Shown piece after piece: positions 47,874 through 54,407 of a stretch of 54,407 nt of DNA. The DNA lies in IMG/VR virus record IMGVR_UViG_3300032327_000339, positions 1 through 54,407 of that record, one strand, 5' to 3'. The translations under genes were made by a program, and so were the position numbers. Under the pieces are notes generated by a model. It was given only the letters and a program-made list of their open reading frames with translations. It did not search any database and had not been told where the DNA came from. Positions within the stretch are counted from its first letter, which is position 1. Each line of letters opens with the position of its first letter. Origin of the DNA: a virus. Taxonomy: Duplodnaviria > Caudoviricetes.

Positions 47874-48104
47874 TTAGTTCTCCCATTCATCTAAAGTTTC
47901 ATCAGCCCAAGGTGCTAGGTGATAGTGTTCAGGACAATACCAAGTGATAAAGTCCACATCTTTTGTGCGAACCTTGAATCGGTTAGGGCATTGGTAAGAC
48001 TCTGCACAAAATGCTAGTTCGGTATCCACTAGGCGTGAATTGTCTGGATTATTCTTGACAAACTCTAAGTTATCAAGCACATCATCTGAAACATAAACAG
48101 TCAT
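47874..48104 (-). CDS. hypothetical protein
   Basis: RBS GAAAGGA after a module promoter. Confidence 0.7.
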   Translation of the reverse strand: MTVYVSDDVLDNLEFVKNNPDNSRLVDTELAFCAESYQCPNRFKVRTKDVDFITWYCPEHYHLAPWADETLDEWEN

Positions 48105-48153
48105 TAGTTTTCCTTTCGTTGTAGTTACACTCTAGCACAAGGGTCTGACAATT

Positions 48154-48276
48154 TTATGCACATTCGCAAGTGTCATAACCGCTATCATCTAGATAGTTCC
48201 AATCGTTGCAGGTGTCGCACCACATAACCTCATCAACACTTACGCCAAACTCGTTTGCAAATTCTGTCTTATTCAT
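48154..48276 (-). CDS. Cys-rich micro-protein (not in ORF track)
   Basis: WCDTC...TCECA, RBS AAAGGA. Confidence 0.6.
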   Translation of the reverse strand: MNKTEFANEFGVSVDEVMWCDTCNDWNYLDDSGYDTCECA

Positions 48277-48534
48277 TTTCTATCCTTTGTTTGTTTCTTA
48301 TAGTTATAACTTAGCATAGGGGTCTGACATATTTGGTAGCGACACGCCCAAGCTAGGGGTCGACCCCTTTCGGGGCGGTGTTATGTCTTGCGTGTTATGT
48401 GTAGGTGCAAGCCTTGCCTATCCTGTGACACACTTACACGAATAGATTTTATTAGCGTGATGATTTTGTTTTTCATTTGCCTGACCTCATACCTAGTAGC
48501 AATAAGATGATAACGATTAGCATAACGGTGTGCA

Positions 48535-48804
48535 CTACACATCACCACGCTTTAGTTGATTTAGTTCTGTCGTTATTGTTTTGATTGCGTGTTGTGTATT
48601 TGCATTACTAGCAACGCCCTCAATCACTCGTGCAGTTTCTACTACGATAGTACGAGCAAACGCAACAGCAAACAGTTTCATTCCTAGTGGGATAGCAACG
48701 ATTATGCCAACAATAAACAACACAATGATGACGGCAAAGAATTGGAAGATGTTACCAATCAAGTGCCAAACATCTGCAAGGGGGCTAGTGATAAAGTCCA
48801 ACAT
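48535..48804 (-). CDS. membrane protein
   Basis: Long hydrophobic segment, RBS GAAAGGA. Confidence 0.7.
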   Translation of the reverse strand: MLDFITSPLADVWHLIGNIFQFFAVIIVLFIVGIIVAIPLGMKLFAVAFARTIVVETARVIEGVASNANTQHAIKTITTELNQLKRGDV

Positions 48805-48878
48805 AGTTTTCCTTTCGGGTAGGGTACTAGCATAGCATAGGGGTATGACATTTCTGCCATACCCCTAGACATTAGGCA

Positions 48879-49103
48879 CTAGGCAAAATCATCAAAAGGG
48901 TTATCGCTATTCCATACCTTTGGCGGTGTGAACGGAACAACCTTGCGTTGTGCTAGTCCGTCTACGATTACCTTGCGAGTACGCAACACGACAACAATAG
49001 CAACAATGACGGCAAGAACTTTGGTGCTAATGTAGAACTCAAAGGCTGAACCGATACGCAAGTCTACATAGTTGGCGGTTAGGTCAAGGGTTAGTGCATT
49101 CAT
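48879..49103 (-). CDS. membrane protein
   Basis: One TM segment, RBS GAAAGG. Confidence 0.7.
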   Translation of the reverse strand: MNALTLDLTANYVDLRIGSAFEFYISTKVLAVIVAIVVVLRTRKVIVDGLAQRKVVPFTPPKVWNSDNPFDDFA

Positions 49104-49129
49104 TTTATTACCTTTCGTTGTGCTAGTGC

Positions 49130-49172
49130 TTATTTGCTAGGCTCACCCTTGCGGGATTATTTGCTAGGCTCA
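49130..49172. repeat. 16-bp direct repeat TTATTTGCTAGGCTCA flanking a mini hairpin
   Basis: 49130-49145 and 49157-49172 are identical, with spacer CCCTTGCGGGA. Confidence 0.9.
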
Positions 49173-49243
49173 TCACTAACTGCTAATAAGTACACTCTAG
49201 CATAGGGGTCTGACATTTTTGGTAGGTAGGTAGGTGTGTTAGG

Positions 49244-49259
49244 TGTGAGGAACATCACA
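49244..49259. promoter_or_regulatory. CRP/GlxR-type site
   Basis: TGTGA-GGAACA-TCACA between divergent promoters. Confidence 0.5.
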
Positions 49260-49386
49260 TTATCTGTCGGTGTGTCGACTTGACAAGGGCAAGTCGGGGG
49301 GGTCGACCCCCAGATGTTACACAAATGTTACATAGAATAGCGTATTGGTGTCAGGAAATGTCGGTGGGCTATGCTACATTATAACT

Positions 49387-49512
49387 ATGAACACAGATAC
49401 AGATTTGATGAACTACTGCTACTACTGCGATGGGACTATGAACTACTCACATATTGCTTGCGACTGTAACTATGATGTGTGTGATGATTGCCACCCTATG
49501 GGTTGCGAATAA
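49387..49512 (+). CDS. Cys-rich micro-protein (not in ORF track)
   Basis: MNTDTDLMNYCYYCDG...CDC...CDDCHPMGCE, leaderless after a + strand module promoter. Confidence 0.65.
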   Translation: MNTDTDLMNYCYYCDGTMNYSHIACDCNYDVCDDCHPMGCE

Positions 49513-49541
49513 TTGTCAGACCCCTATGATAAGGTGAAACT

Positions 49542-49658
49542 ATGAATGATTATGATGATGTTGAGGTTATTACTAAGAACAAGTGTGTTGAGTGTGGCGA
49601 TAAACTAACGCCATTCGAAACATCACTATGTATTATTTGTGAGGCGGTGAGTGAATAA
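49542..49658 (+). CDS. Zn-finger micro-protein (not in ORF track)
   Basis: KCVECGDKLTPFETSLCIICE, leaderless after a + strand module promoter. Confidence 0.7.
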   Translation: MNDYDDVEVITKNKCVECGDKLTPFETSLCIICEAVSE

Positions 49659-49762
49659 TGGAAACAGCATTTTGTTTTAATTGCGATGACCATTCTGTAT
49701 TTAATTACAGCGATGAGTTAGACGCAATAGTGTGTGTTGTGTGTGAGTGTGAGGGCTACTAA
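49658..49762 (+). CDS. Zn-finger micro-protein (not in ORF track)
   Basis: FCFNC...VCVVCEC, TAATG coupling. Confidence 0.6.
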   Translation: METAFCFNCDDHSVFNYSDELDAIVCVVCECEGY

Positions 49763-50074
49763 GCCCCCACCCCCCCCTATGTGCCTACCCCCTATGCCCT
49801 ATGGCGGTATGAAATAAAAGGATTGGAATGTAGCTAGTATGTGCTCACTATCTGAAAATATAAAAGGATTCAAAAACACCGTATCATACAAAATTAAAAA
49901 TTATTCACATTTTTCCCAAAGTGACCCTAGCTGATCTATAAATGTAAATTTTGTGTAAATTCTTTGTAACATTTTTGTTATATATCTATATTAGATGAAT
50001 GTTTTTTGGTATAATATATGAATGCACTTGCCTTCGGGGGGTGTAAATAAATAACTCGCTTAAAAGGAGCAAAA

Positions 50075-50584
50075 ATGAGTAACACAATTACTTGGACTAA
50101 CTCAAGTTGGTTCAACAATCCTTATCTGATTGGCTTTGAAAACGTATTTCCAAAGTTTGATCAGGTAATCAAATCAAATGAAGGTACATTTCCACCTTAC
50201 AATGTTAGAAAAATCGATGATAACGCATTTGTTATCGAATTGGCGGTAGCAGGATTCTCACAAAAGGATCTCACTATCACTGAACAAGATGGTAATCTAA
50301 CAATCGTGGGTGAAAAGGCTGAAAGTGAAGCAGAATATCTTTACAAGGGTATTGCAGCAAGAAAGTTTACACGAACTTATGCACTATCTGAATATGTAAA
50401 GACAGTCGGAGCTGAACTGAAAGATGGAATTCTTTTTGTCACACTGAAAAAAGATGTTCCAGATGAAAAGAAACCTCGTAGTATCTCAATTATTGCGGAA
50501 CAACCTAAGAAAATTTCTCAAAAGGAAAAGAATCTTAATGGCTGGCATCGTGAAAAAGAATACTATAACAAATCTACTAACTAA
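50075..50584 (+). CDS. small heat-shock protein Hsp20 (IbpA-like)
   Basis: FPPYNV...IELAVAGF...YLYKGIAARKF...LKDGIL. Confidence 0.93.
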   Translation: MSNTITWTNSSWFNNPYLIGFENVFPKFDQVIKSNEGTFPPYNVRKIDDNAFVIELAVAGFSQKDLTITEQDGNLTIVGEKAESEAEYLYKGIAARKFTRTYALSEYVKTVGAELKDGILFVTLKKDVPDEKKPRSISIIAEQPKKISQKEKNLNGWHREKEYYNKSTN

Positions 50585-50624
50585 GATTTAAACTTTAGTT
50601 AAACATCCTGAGTATGATGTAAAA

Positions 50625-50843
50625 CTACTCTTCTTTCAATTCTGGTGTAGAAATAGACGGAATAGGACACATAAGCAATCCTTGCTTATGCATTTCCATA
50701 AGTCGTAATGCATCTTCACCTTTACCTTGAGCGTCACAGAGCAAAATTAAAAGATCGTATACTCTGGCAAGCATAATATATGTTACTGCTCCCAGATTGG
50801 CTTCTATGCCCTCTACGGACTCTTCTAGAGGTTGCTCACTCAT
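50625..50843 (-). CDS. hypothetical protein
   Basis: Coupled to thyX. Confidence 0.7.
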   Translation of the reverse strand: MSEQPLEESVEGIEANLGAVTYIMLARVYDLLILLCDAQGKGEDALRLMEMHKQGLLMCPIPSISTPELKEE

Positions 50844-51547
50844 TTTTCAATCCTATACTCTTTCCAATATTTGGCGGTAGTCGGAAAATATTCCGATACC
50901 CAATGCTCTATTGGTCTAGTATACTCTCTGATCTCATATTGAGCATCATTGGCTAATCTTAAAGTCAAGAAATGTAATAGACCGTTGAGCGAAACAGTCC
51001 ATCTCCATCTGACATACATTCCATATGCTGGCAAAAATAATCTTGCCTGTTCTGGAGCTATATTAGATGCTAGAGCCTTTTTGTACATATCCTCGCCTAT
51101 TCCAACGTATGTGTCCAGCATACTGGTGAACATTGCACCACTATCTTCTGGCATATAGCCGTTGGATCCTTGCTTCTTGTTCTCCGCCGAAAAACGCCAT
51201 TCATTTTTAGATGGGATATAAAAAGTTTCTTTTTCGGTTATATATCTGCGAGAGCTTTCATTCCACCCCATTTGTTCTTCTAGGTGAGCCGAGCCGACTG
51301 CGTGTTTATACCACTGTCTAGCAACCATCAAAGGAGCATATACTTCAAATGAAAAAACGGAATGTCTTAAAACGGAATCGTGTTTTTCTTTAATCAAGAA
51401 AGAGATTAGTTTATCATCTTTTTCTGAAAGTTCTGATACTTCTTTATCAAAACTAACTCTTGCAGAATTTGCAATATCTAAATCAGTACCCATTACGTTA
51501 ACTAATTTAATATAACCATTATCAAGAATATCTATTTTGTTTTCCAT
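50840..51547 (-). CDS. thyX: flavin-dependent thymidylate synthase
   Basis: ARVS...H.S...ARQWYKH...NESSRRY...EQARLFLP...LR....AQYEIR. Confidence 0.95.
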   Translation of the reverse strand: MENKIDILDNGYIKLVNVMGTDLDIANSARVSFDKEVSELSEKDDKLISFLIKEKHDSVLRHSVFSFEVYAPLMVARQWYKHAVGSAHLEEQMGWNESSRRYITEKETFYIPSKNEWRFSAENKKQGSNGYMPEDSGAMFTSMLDTYVGIGEDMYKKALASNIAPEQARLFLPAYGMYVRWRWTVSLNGLLHFLTLRLANDAQYEIREYTRPIEHWVSEYFPTTAKYWKEYRIEK

Positions 51548-51569
51548 TTTAACTCCTTATGTTAAATCT

Positions 51570-51745
51570 TTGTAAATTTTTATATATATTTTTTTAAAAC
51601 TATTGACTTCGATATAAACTGTCGTTATAATAATATATATTATATATATAAAGATATTAATAAGTGTTAAATATTAATATATTAGATATTAAGAATATAT
51701 ATATATTACAATAGATATAATATATAAAATATATATTACATAGAT
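51570..51745. other. very AT-rich intergenic tract with TA repeats and a SigA promoter
   Basis: Nearly pure A/T. TTGACT-17-TATAAT at 51603-51631. ATATATATTACA(A)TAGATA occurs twice. Confidence 0.7.
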
Positions 51746-51757
51746 AAGGATACACTA

Positions 51758-52111
51758 ATGACAATTCAAAGTCAATACAAAGCAGTACTTGCTTCATATG
51801 GTCGTTCTGTTCTCGCCGCCGAAGCTGCGCTTTATGTTAGCGGTAATACAAATGTAGCAGATTATGCAAAGGCACTTATTGTTGCTGTAGCACCTGTTAT
51901 TTTGCGATACTTGAACAAGAATGATATTGCATTTGGTCGTGGATACACACCTGAGCAACTTGCTGATGTAGTTGTTGATACTGTAGTTAAGGCTACAAAG
52001 AAAACACCTGTAAAGAGTGCACCAGTCAAAAAGACTACAGCAACTCCAGTAACAAAGACCCCAGCGAAGAAGACCGCACAGACTACAACGAAGGGTAAGA
52101 CAACAAAGTAG
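51758..52111 (+). CDS. holin-like protein with Lys/Thr-rich tail
   Basis: ASYGRSVLAA...APVILRYLN..D.AFG. Confidence 0.6.
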   Translation: MTIQSQYKAVLASYGRSVLAAEAALYVSGNTNVADYAKALIVAVAPVILRYLNKNDIAFGRGYTPEQLADVVVDTVVKATKKTPVKSAPVKKTTATPVTKTPAKKTAQTTTKGKTTK

Positions 52112-52136
52112 TTTTCTTGAAAGTGTATAATTGAAT

Positions 52137-52457
52137 ATGGAACTCGCACAAATAATCTTATCAATCGCTGGAACTCTTGGTGGCATAACAGTTATTATAG
52201 TAACTGGTGGAAAGATTAGCAAGTCCTTTAAAAGATTTATACACTTTCTTGATGATTACTTTGGTGAAGAAGCTCGCCCAGGATTTTCAGGAAGACCAGG
52301 AATGCAAGAAAGACTTCGCAAGATTGAGGAAGATGTGGATCACATTTCATACGAAATGAAACCAAATTCTGGATCATCTATTAAAGATGCTATCAACAGA
52401 ATTGAAAAGCGGTTAACCGCCCTAGAAGAAAATGAAGGAAATGAAAATAAGCTTTAA
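52137..52457 (+). CDS. membrane-anchored coiled-coil protein
   Basis: N-terminal TM, PNSGSSIKDAINRIE motif, leaderless-type start. Confidence 0.7.
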   Translation: MELAQIILSIAGTLGGITVIIVTGGKISKSFKRFIHFLDDYFGEEARPGFSGRPGMQERLRKIEEDVDHISYEMKPNSGSSIKDAINRIEKRLTALEENEGNENKL

Positions 52458-53391
52458 TAACTATAATCCAGTAACAGCTACTGGCTATGGTCATGCCTGT
52501 GTAAAAATGGCAACCACACTTTCTGTAAACGATTTTGATGTTAAATATGAAGATGATAAATCAGACTTAGAAGTATATTTTGGTCACTGTGGTGATTATA
52601 AATTTTTTAATAAAGATGCTGTAAAGATTGGTTATACTGACTGGGAATCATCTTATATTTCAGAAAAATGGAAAGAAAATCTAGAACTTATAGATGAGTT
52701 ATGGGTAGGAAATCAATTCTGCAAAGATTTATTTTCAAAATATACAGACAAAAATATTATTGTTGTTCCACACGGTGTAGATAAAATATATACTCCACAA
52801 AAAAGAACATATGATGGAACATTAAAGTTTTTACATATTGGGTATCCAGCACTTCGCAAGAATCTATATGATGTGGTAAATGCTTTCTTAGATTTATATG
52901 AGGGAAGAGAAGATGTAACTTTAACTATTAAAGCATATAAAAACTCAATCCTTGATCAATATGCACATATACCAAATGTTAATATTATTGCTGAAGATTA
53001 TACTTCTTTTGAAATGCTTAATTTAATGAGACAACACCACTGTTTAGTATATCCATCTTATGGTGAAGGTTTTGGACTAATCCCGCTTCAAACACTTGCT
53101 ACTGGAATGCCTTCAATCGTTACAGAGGGCTGGTGTGACTATATTAAATATGCTGAAGATCTTAAGATAGACTCGGTATTAAAAGAACATAGATTTACTA
53201 GTGTTCATCCAGGACTTATGTTTCAGCCAAGCTATAGCACATTAGTTGAAAAAATGAAATATGTTGAAGAAAATATAGAAACTCTTCTTGAAAAATATTA
53301 TGCTCAAGCACCAGCATTAATTAATGAGTATGATTGGGAAAAAATACTAGTTCCACATTTTAATGATGTTAAACAACGCTTTAATCTATAG
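52441..53391 (+). CDS. GT-B (GT4-like) glycosyltransferase, paralog of 5336..6310
   Basis: TGYG...WES...FLHIG...RKN...YPSYGEGFGLIPLQTLATGMP. Confidence 0.88.
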   Translation: MKISFNNYNPVTATGYGHACVKMATTLSVNDFDVKYEDDKSDLEVYFGHCGDYKFFNKDAVKIGYTDWESSYISEKWKENLELIDELWVGNQFCKDLFSKYTDKNIIVVPHGVDKIYTPQKRTYDGTLKFLHIGYPALRKNLYDVVNAFLDLYEGREDVTLTIKAYKNSILDQYAHIPNVNIIAEDYTSFEMLNLMRQHHCLVYPSYGEGFGLIPLQTLATGMPSIVTEGWCDYIKYAEDLKIDSVLKEHRFTSVHPGLMFQPSYSTLVEKMKYVEENIETLLEKYYAQAPALINEYDWEKILVPHFNDVKQRFNL

Positions 53392-53415
53392 TCTTTTGTA
53401 ATGTATAATTAAACT

Positions 53416-53907
53416 ATGGCTAATCCAGATACAATTACATTAACTCTTACTAATCCAGTAGATTCTATTGTAGTATCCCCAGTTTCTACTGTAGATATTA
53501 TTGATGTTAATACTGTTTCTGAAGTTACAAGCATTAGTCTTACTTCTACTACCGATGTTTCTACTGTTATTGTAGAAGATGCTCAAAATAATCTAACTGT
53601 TGATATTAATTTAAATGAAGGCTATGTTCCAGTTACATCAGTAAATGGTATGATCGGTGATGTTCAGCTAACACTTCTTCAAAAATATACAATCCTTAAT
53701 CCAACGCTAACGGTATCTTCTGGAGTAGCTAATTGGACTATTTCTCACGGATTAGGGAATAATGTACAAGTTGAGTTGCGAGATGCAACTACAAATGCTA
53801 TAATTGAGGCAGAAGTGATTGTTGATTCGACAACAGTAACAATTAATTTTAATTCAAGTCTTTCAACTATTACTTCGGGAACTTATAGAGTAGTGGTGAT
53901 TGGTTAA
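53416..53907 (+). CDS. tail-associated protein
   Basis: VTSVNG..GDV.L and WTISHGLG...V motifs. Confidence 0.65.
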   Translation: MANPDTITLTLTNPVDSIVVSPVSTVDIIDVNTVSEVTSISLTSTTDVSTVIVEDAQNNLTVDINLNEGYVPVTSVNGMIGDVQLTLLQKYTILNPTLTVSSGVANWTISHGLGNNVQVELRDATTNAIIEAEVIVDSTTVTINFNSSLSTITSGTYRVVVIG

Positions 53908-54239
53908 TGCTTCCAGGATATAATGCATTCAAAGTTTACAAAGGTGATACCTTTGTATTTAGTATGCAATTAAAAACAGGTGCAAACAATTTTCCAGTAA
54001 CTGGATATACCTTTTTAGGTCAAGTAAAAGAAAAAGGAAAGTCTACAACTATTGCTTCCTTTAACTTTACAATTACCAATGCTTCTACAGGAACGGTTCA
54101 GGTAACATTAAGCGCAACAGAATCAGCAAAGCTAACTGGTGGAAAACTTTATGAGTATGATATTCAAATGTCAAATAGTGGAGTTATATCTACACTATTT
54201 AAAGGTCCACTAACTGTCGTTGCCGATGTCACCCAATAA
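53907..54239 (+). CDS. tail-associated beta-sandwich (BppU-N-like) protein
   Basis: VYKGDTF...YEYDIQ...LFKGPLTV..DVT. Confidence 0.65.
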   Translation: MLPGYNAFKVYKGDTFVFSMQLKTGANNFPVTGYTFLGQVKEKGKSTTIASFNFTITNASTGTVQVTLSATESAKLTGGKLYEYDIQMSNSGVISTLFKGPLTVVADVTQ

Positions 54240-54404
54240 TTTTTTAATCATTACCGATTTTCTTTCACCAATAAATAATTTTGAATCACATTCTAAACAC
54301 CACAAAATTGGTTGATCATCTTTAAAAGATGCTACAGGTGGCATATGTTCTGCATTCATTGTGCAAGGAATAATAGGAGCCATTCTCATATCTACTAGTT
54401 CCAT
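54210..54404 (-). CDS. small Zn-binding hypothetical protein (start uncertain)
   Basis: C...H...WCLEC. Confidence 0.5.
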   Translation of the reverse strand: MELVDMRMAPIIPCTMNAEHMPPVASFKDDQPILWCLECDSKLFIGERKSVMIKKLLGDIGNDS

Positions 54405-54407
54405 ATA

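Larger units (their letters stand above)
36339..49220 (-). promoter_or_regulatory. repeated promoter (TTG)AAA-ATGTCAGACCCCTATGC-TAAGAT-like (~23 copies on -, plus 2 on + at ~49357 and ~49511)
   Basis: Plus-strand reading ATCYTAGCAYAGGGGTCTGACATTTT or ...CACCGACATTTTCAA at ~36339, 38190, 39408, 40855, 41536, 42320, 42558, 43216, 43510, 43682, 44286, 44544, 44874, 45592, 46345, 46500, 46836, 47429, 47612, 48129, 48308, 48829 and 49194. Most are followed by an RBS (GAAAGG/AAGGA) or a leaderless ATG. Confidence 0.85.
33647..49311. repeat. dispersed intergenic palindrome GGGGTCGACCCC (~17 copies)
   Basis: Starts at ~33647, 36416, 36470, 38265, 39491, 40926, 41608, 42652, 43770, 44609, 44940, 45689 (variant), 46591, 46885, 47713, 48356 and 49296. 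A degenerate copy lies at 33397. Confidence 0.95.

Noticed and set aside
33647-49311. Palindromic repeats as a CRISPR array, given the Cas4-like gene at 3583
   Set aside because: Spacing is irregular (up to kilobases) and contains genes. The repeat core is only ~12 bp, and there is no cas1/cas2. Solo Cas4-like nucleases are common in phage recombination operons.
33647-49311. Canonical integron or REP/RAYT system
   Set aside because: No tyrosine recombinase or HUH transposase is recognisable in the window and no RYYYAAC/GTTRRRY attC ends are seen. It is kept only as an analogy.
1-54407. Stop-codon reassignment
   Set aside because: Known genes are intact under code 11, all three stops are used, and no suppressor tRNA is present. 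The TAA-anticodon tRNA reads the Leu codon TTA.

Overview
This window is a 54.4-kb fragment of a large, AT-rich tailed phage genome. The host is most likely an actinobacterium, based on two WhiB genes, an MSMEG_6728-like glycosylase, an actinobacterial-type lytic transglycosylase and many apparently leaderless genes. The + strand from 1 to 31.6 kb carries DnaE (5'-truncated), RecA, Cas4-like and RuvC nucleases, terminase, glycosylation genes, 7 tRNAs, a compact tmRNA, lysis enzymes, stress genes (Dps, GroES, thioredoxin) and tail-fibre-like proteins. The - strand from 31.7 to 49.2 kb holds an Ntn protease, a DnaA-box cluster and a ~16-kb array of small-gene cassettes that includes 2 tRNAs. These cassettes are separated by a repeated intergenic module made of a GGGGTCGACCCC palindrome (~17 copies), a CNGTGAATT-N~11-TCGTAA box and a promoter with a conserved AATGTCAGACCCC-like spacer (~25 copies). 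By manual scan, GATC and AGCT are absent from ~35.5-49.8 kb except right next to these palindromes, which is the most unusual signal in the window. The region from 49.3 to 54.4 kb holds Cys-rich micro-ORFs, Hsp20, ThyX, an AT-rich tract, a holin-like gene, a second glycosyltransferase and tail-associated genes. All calls come from motif recognition by eye, and no searches or computations were run.
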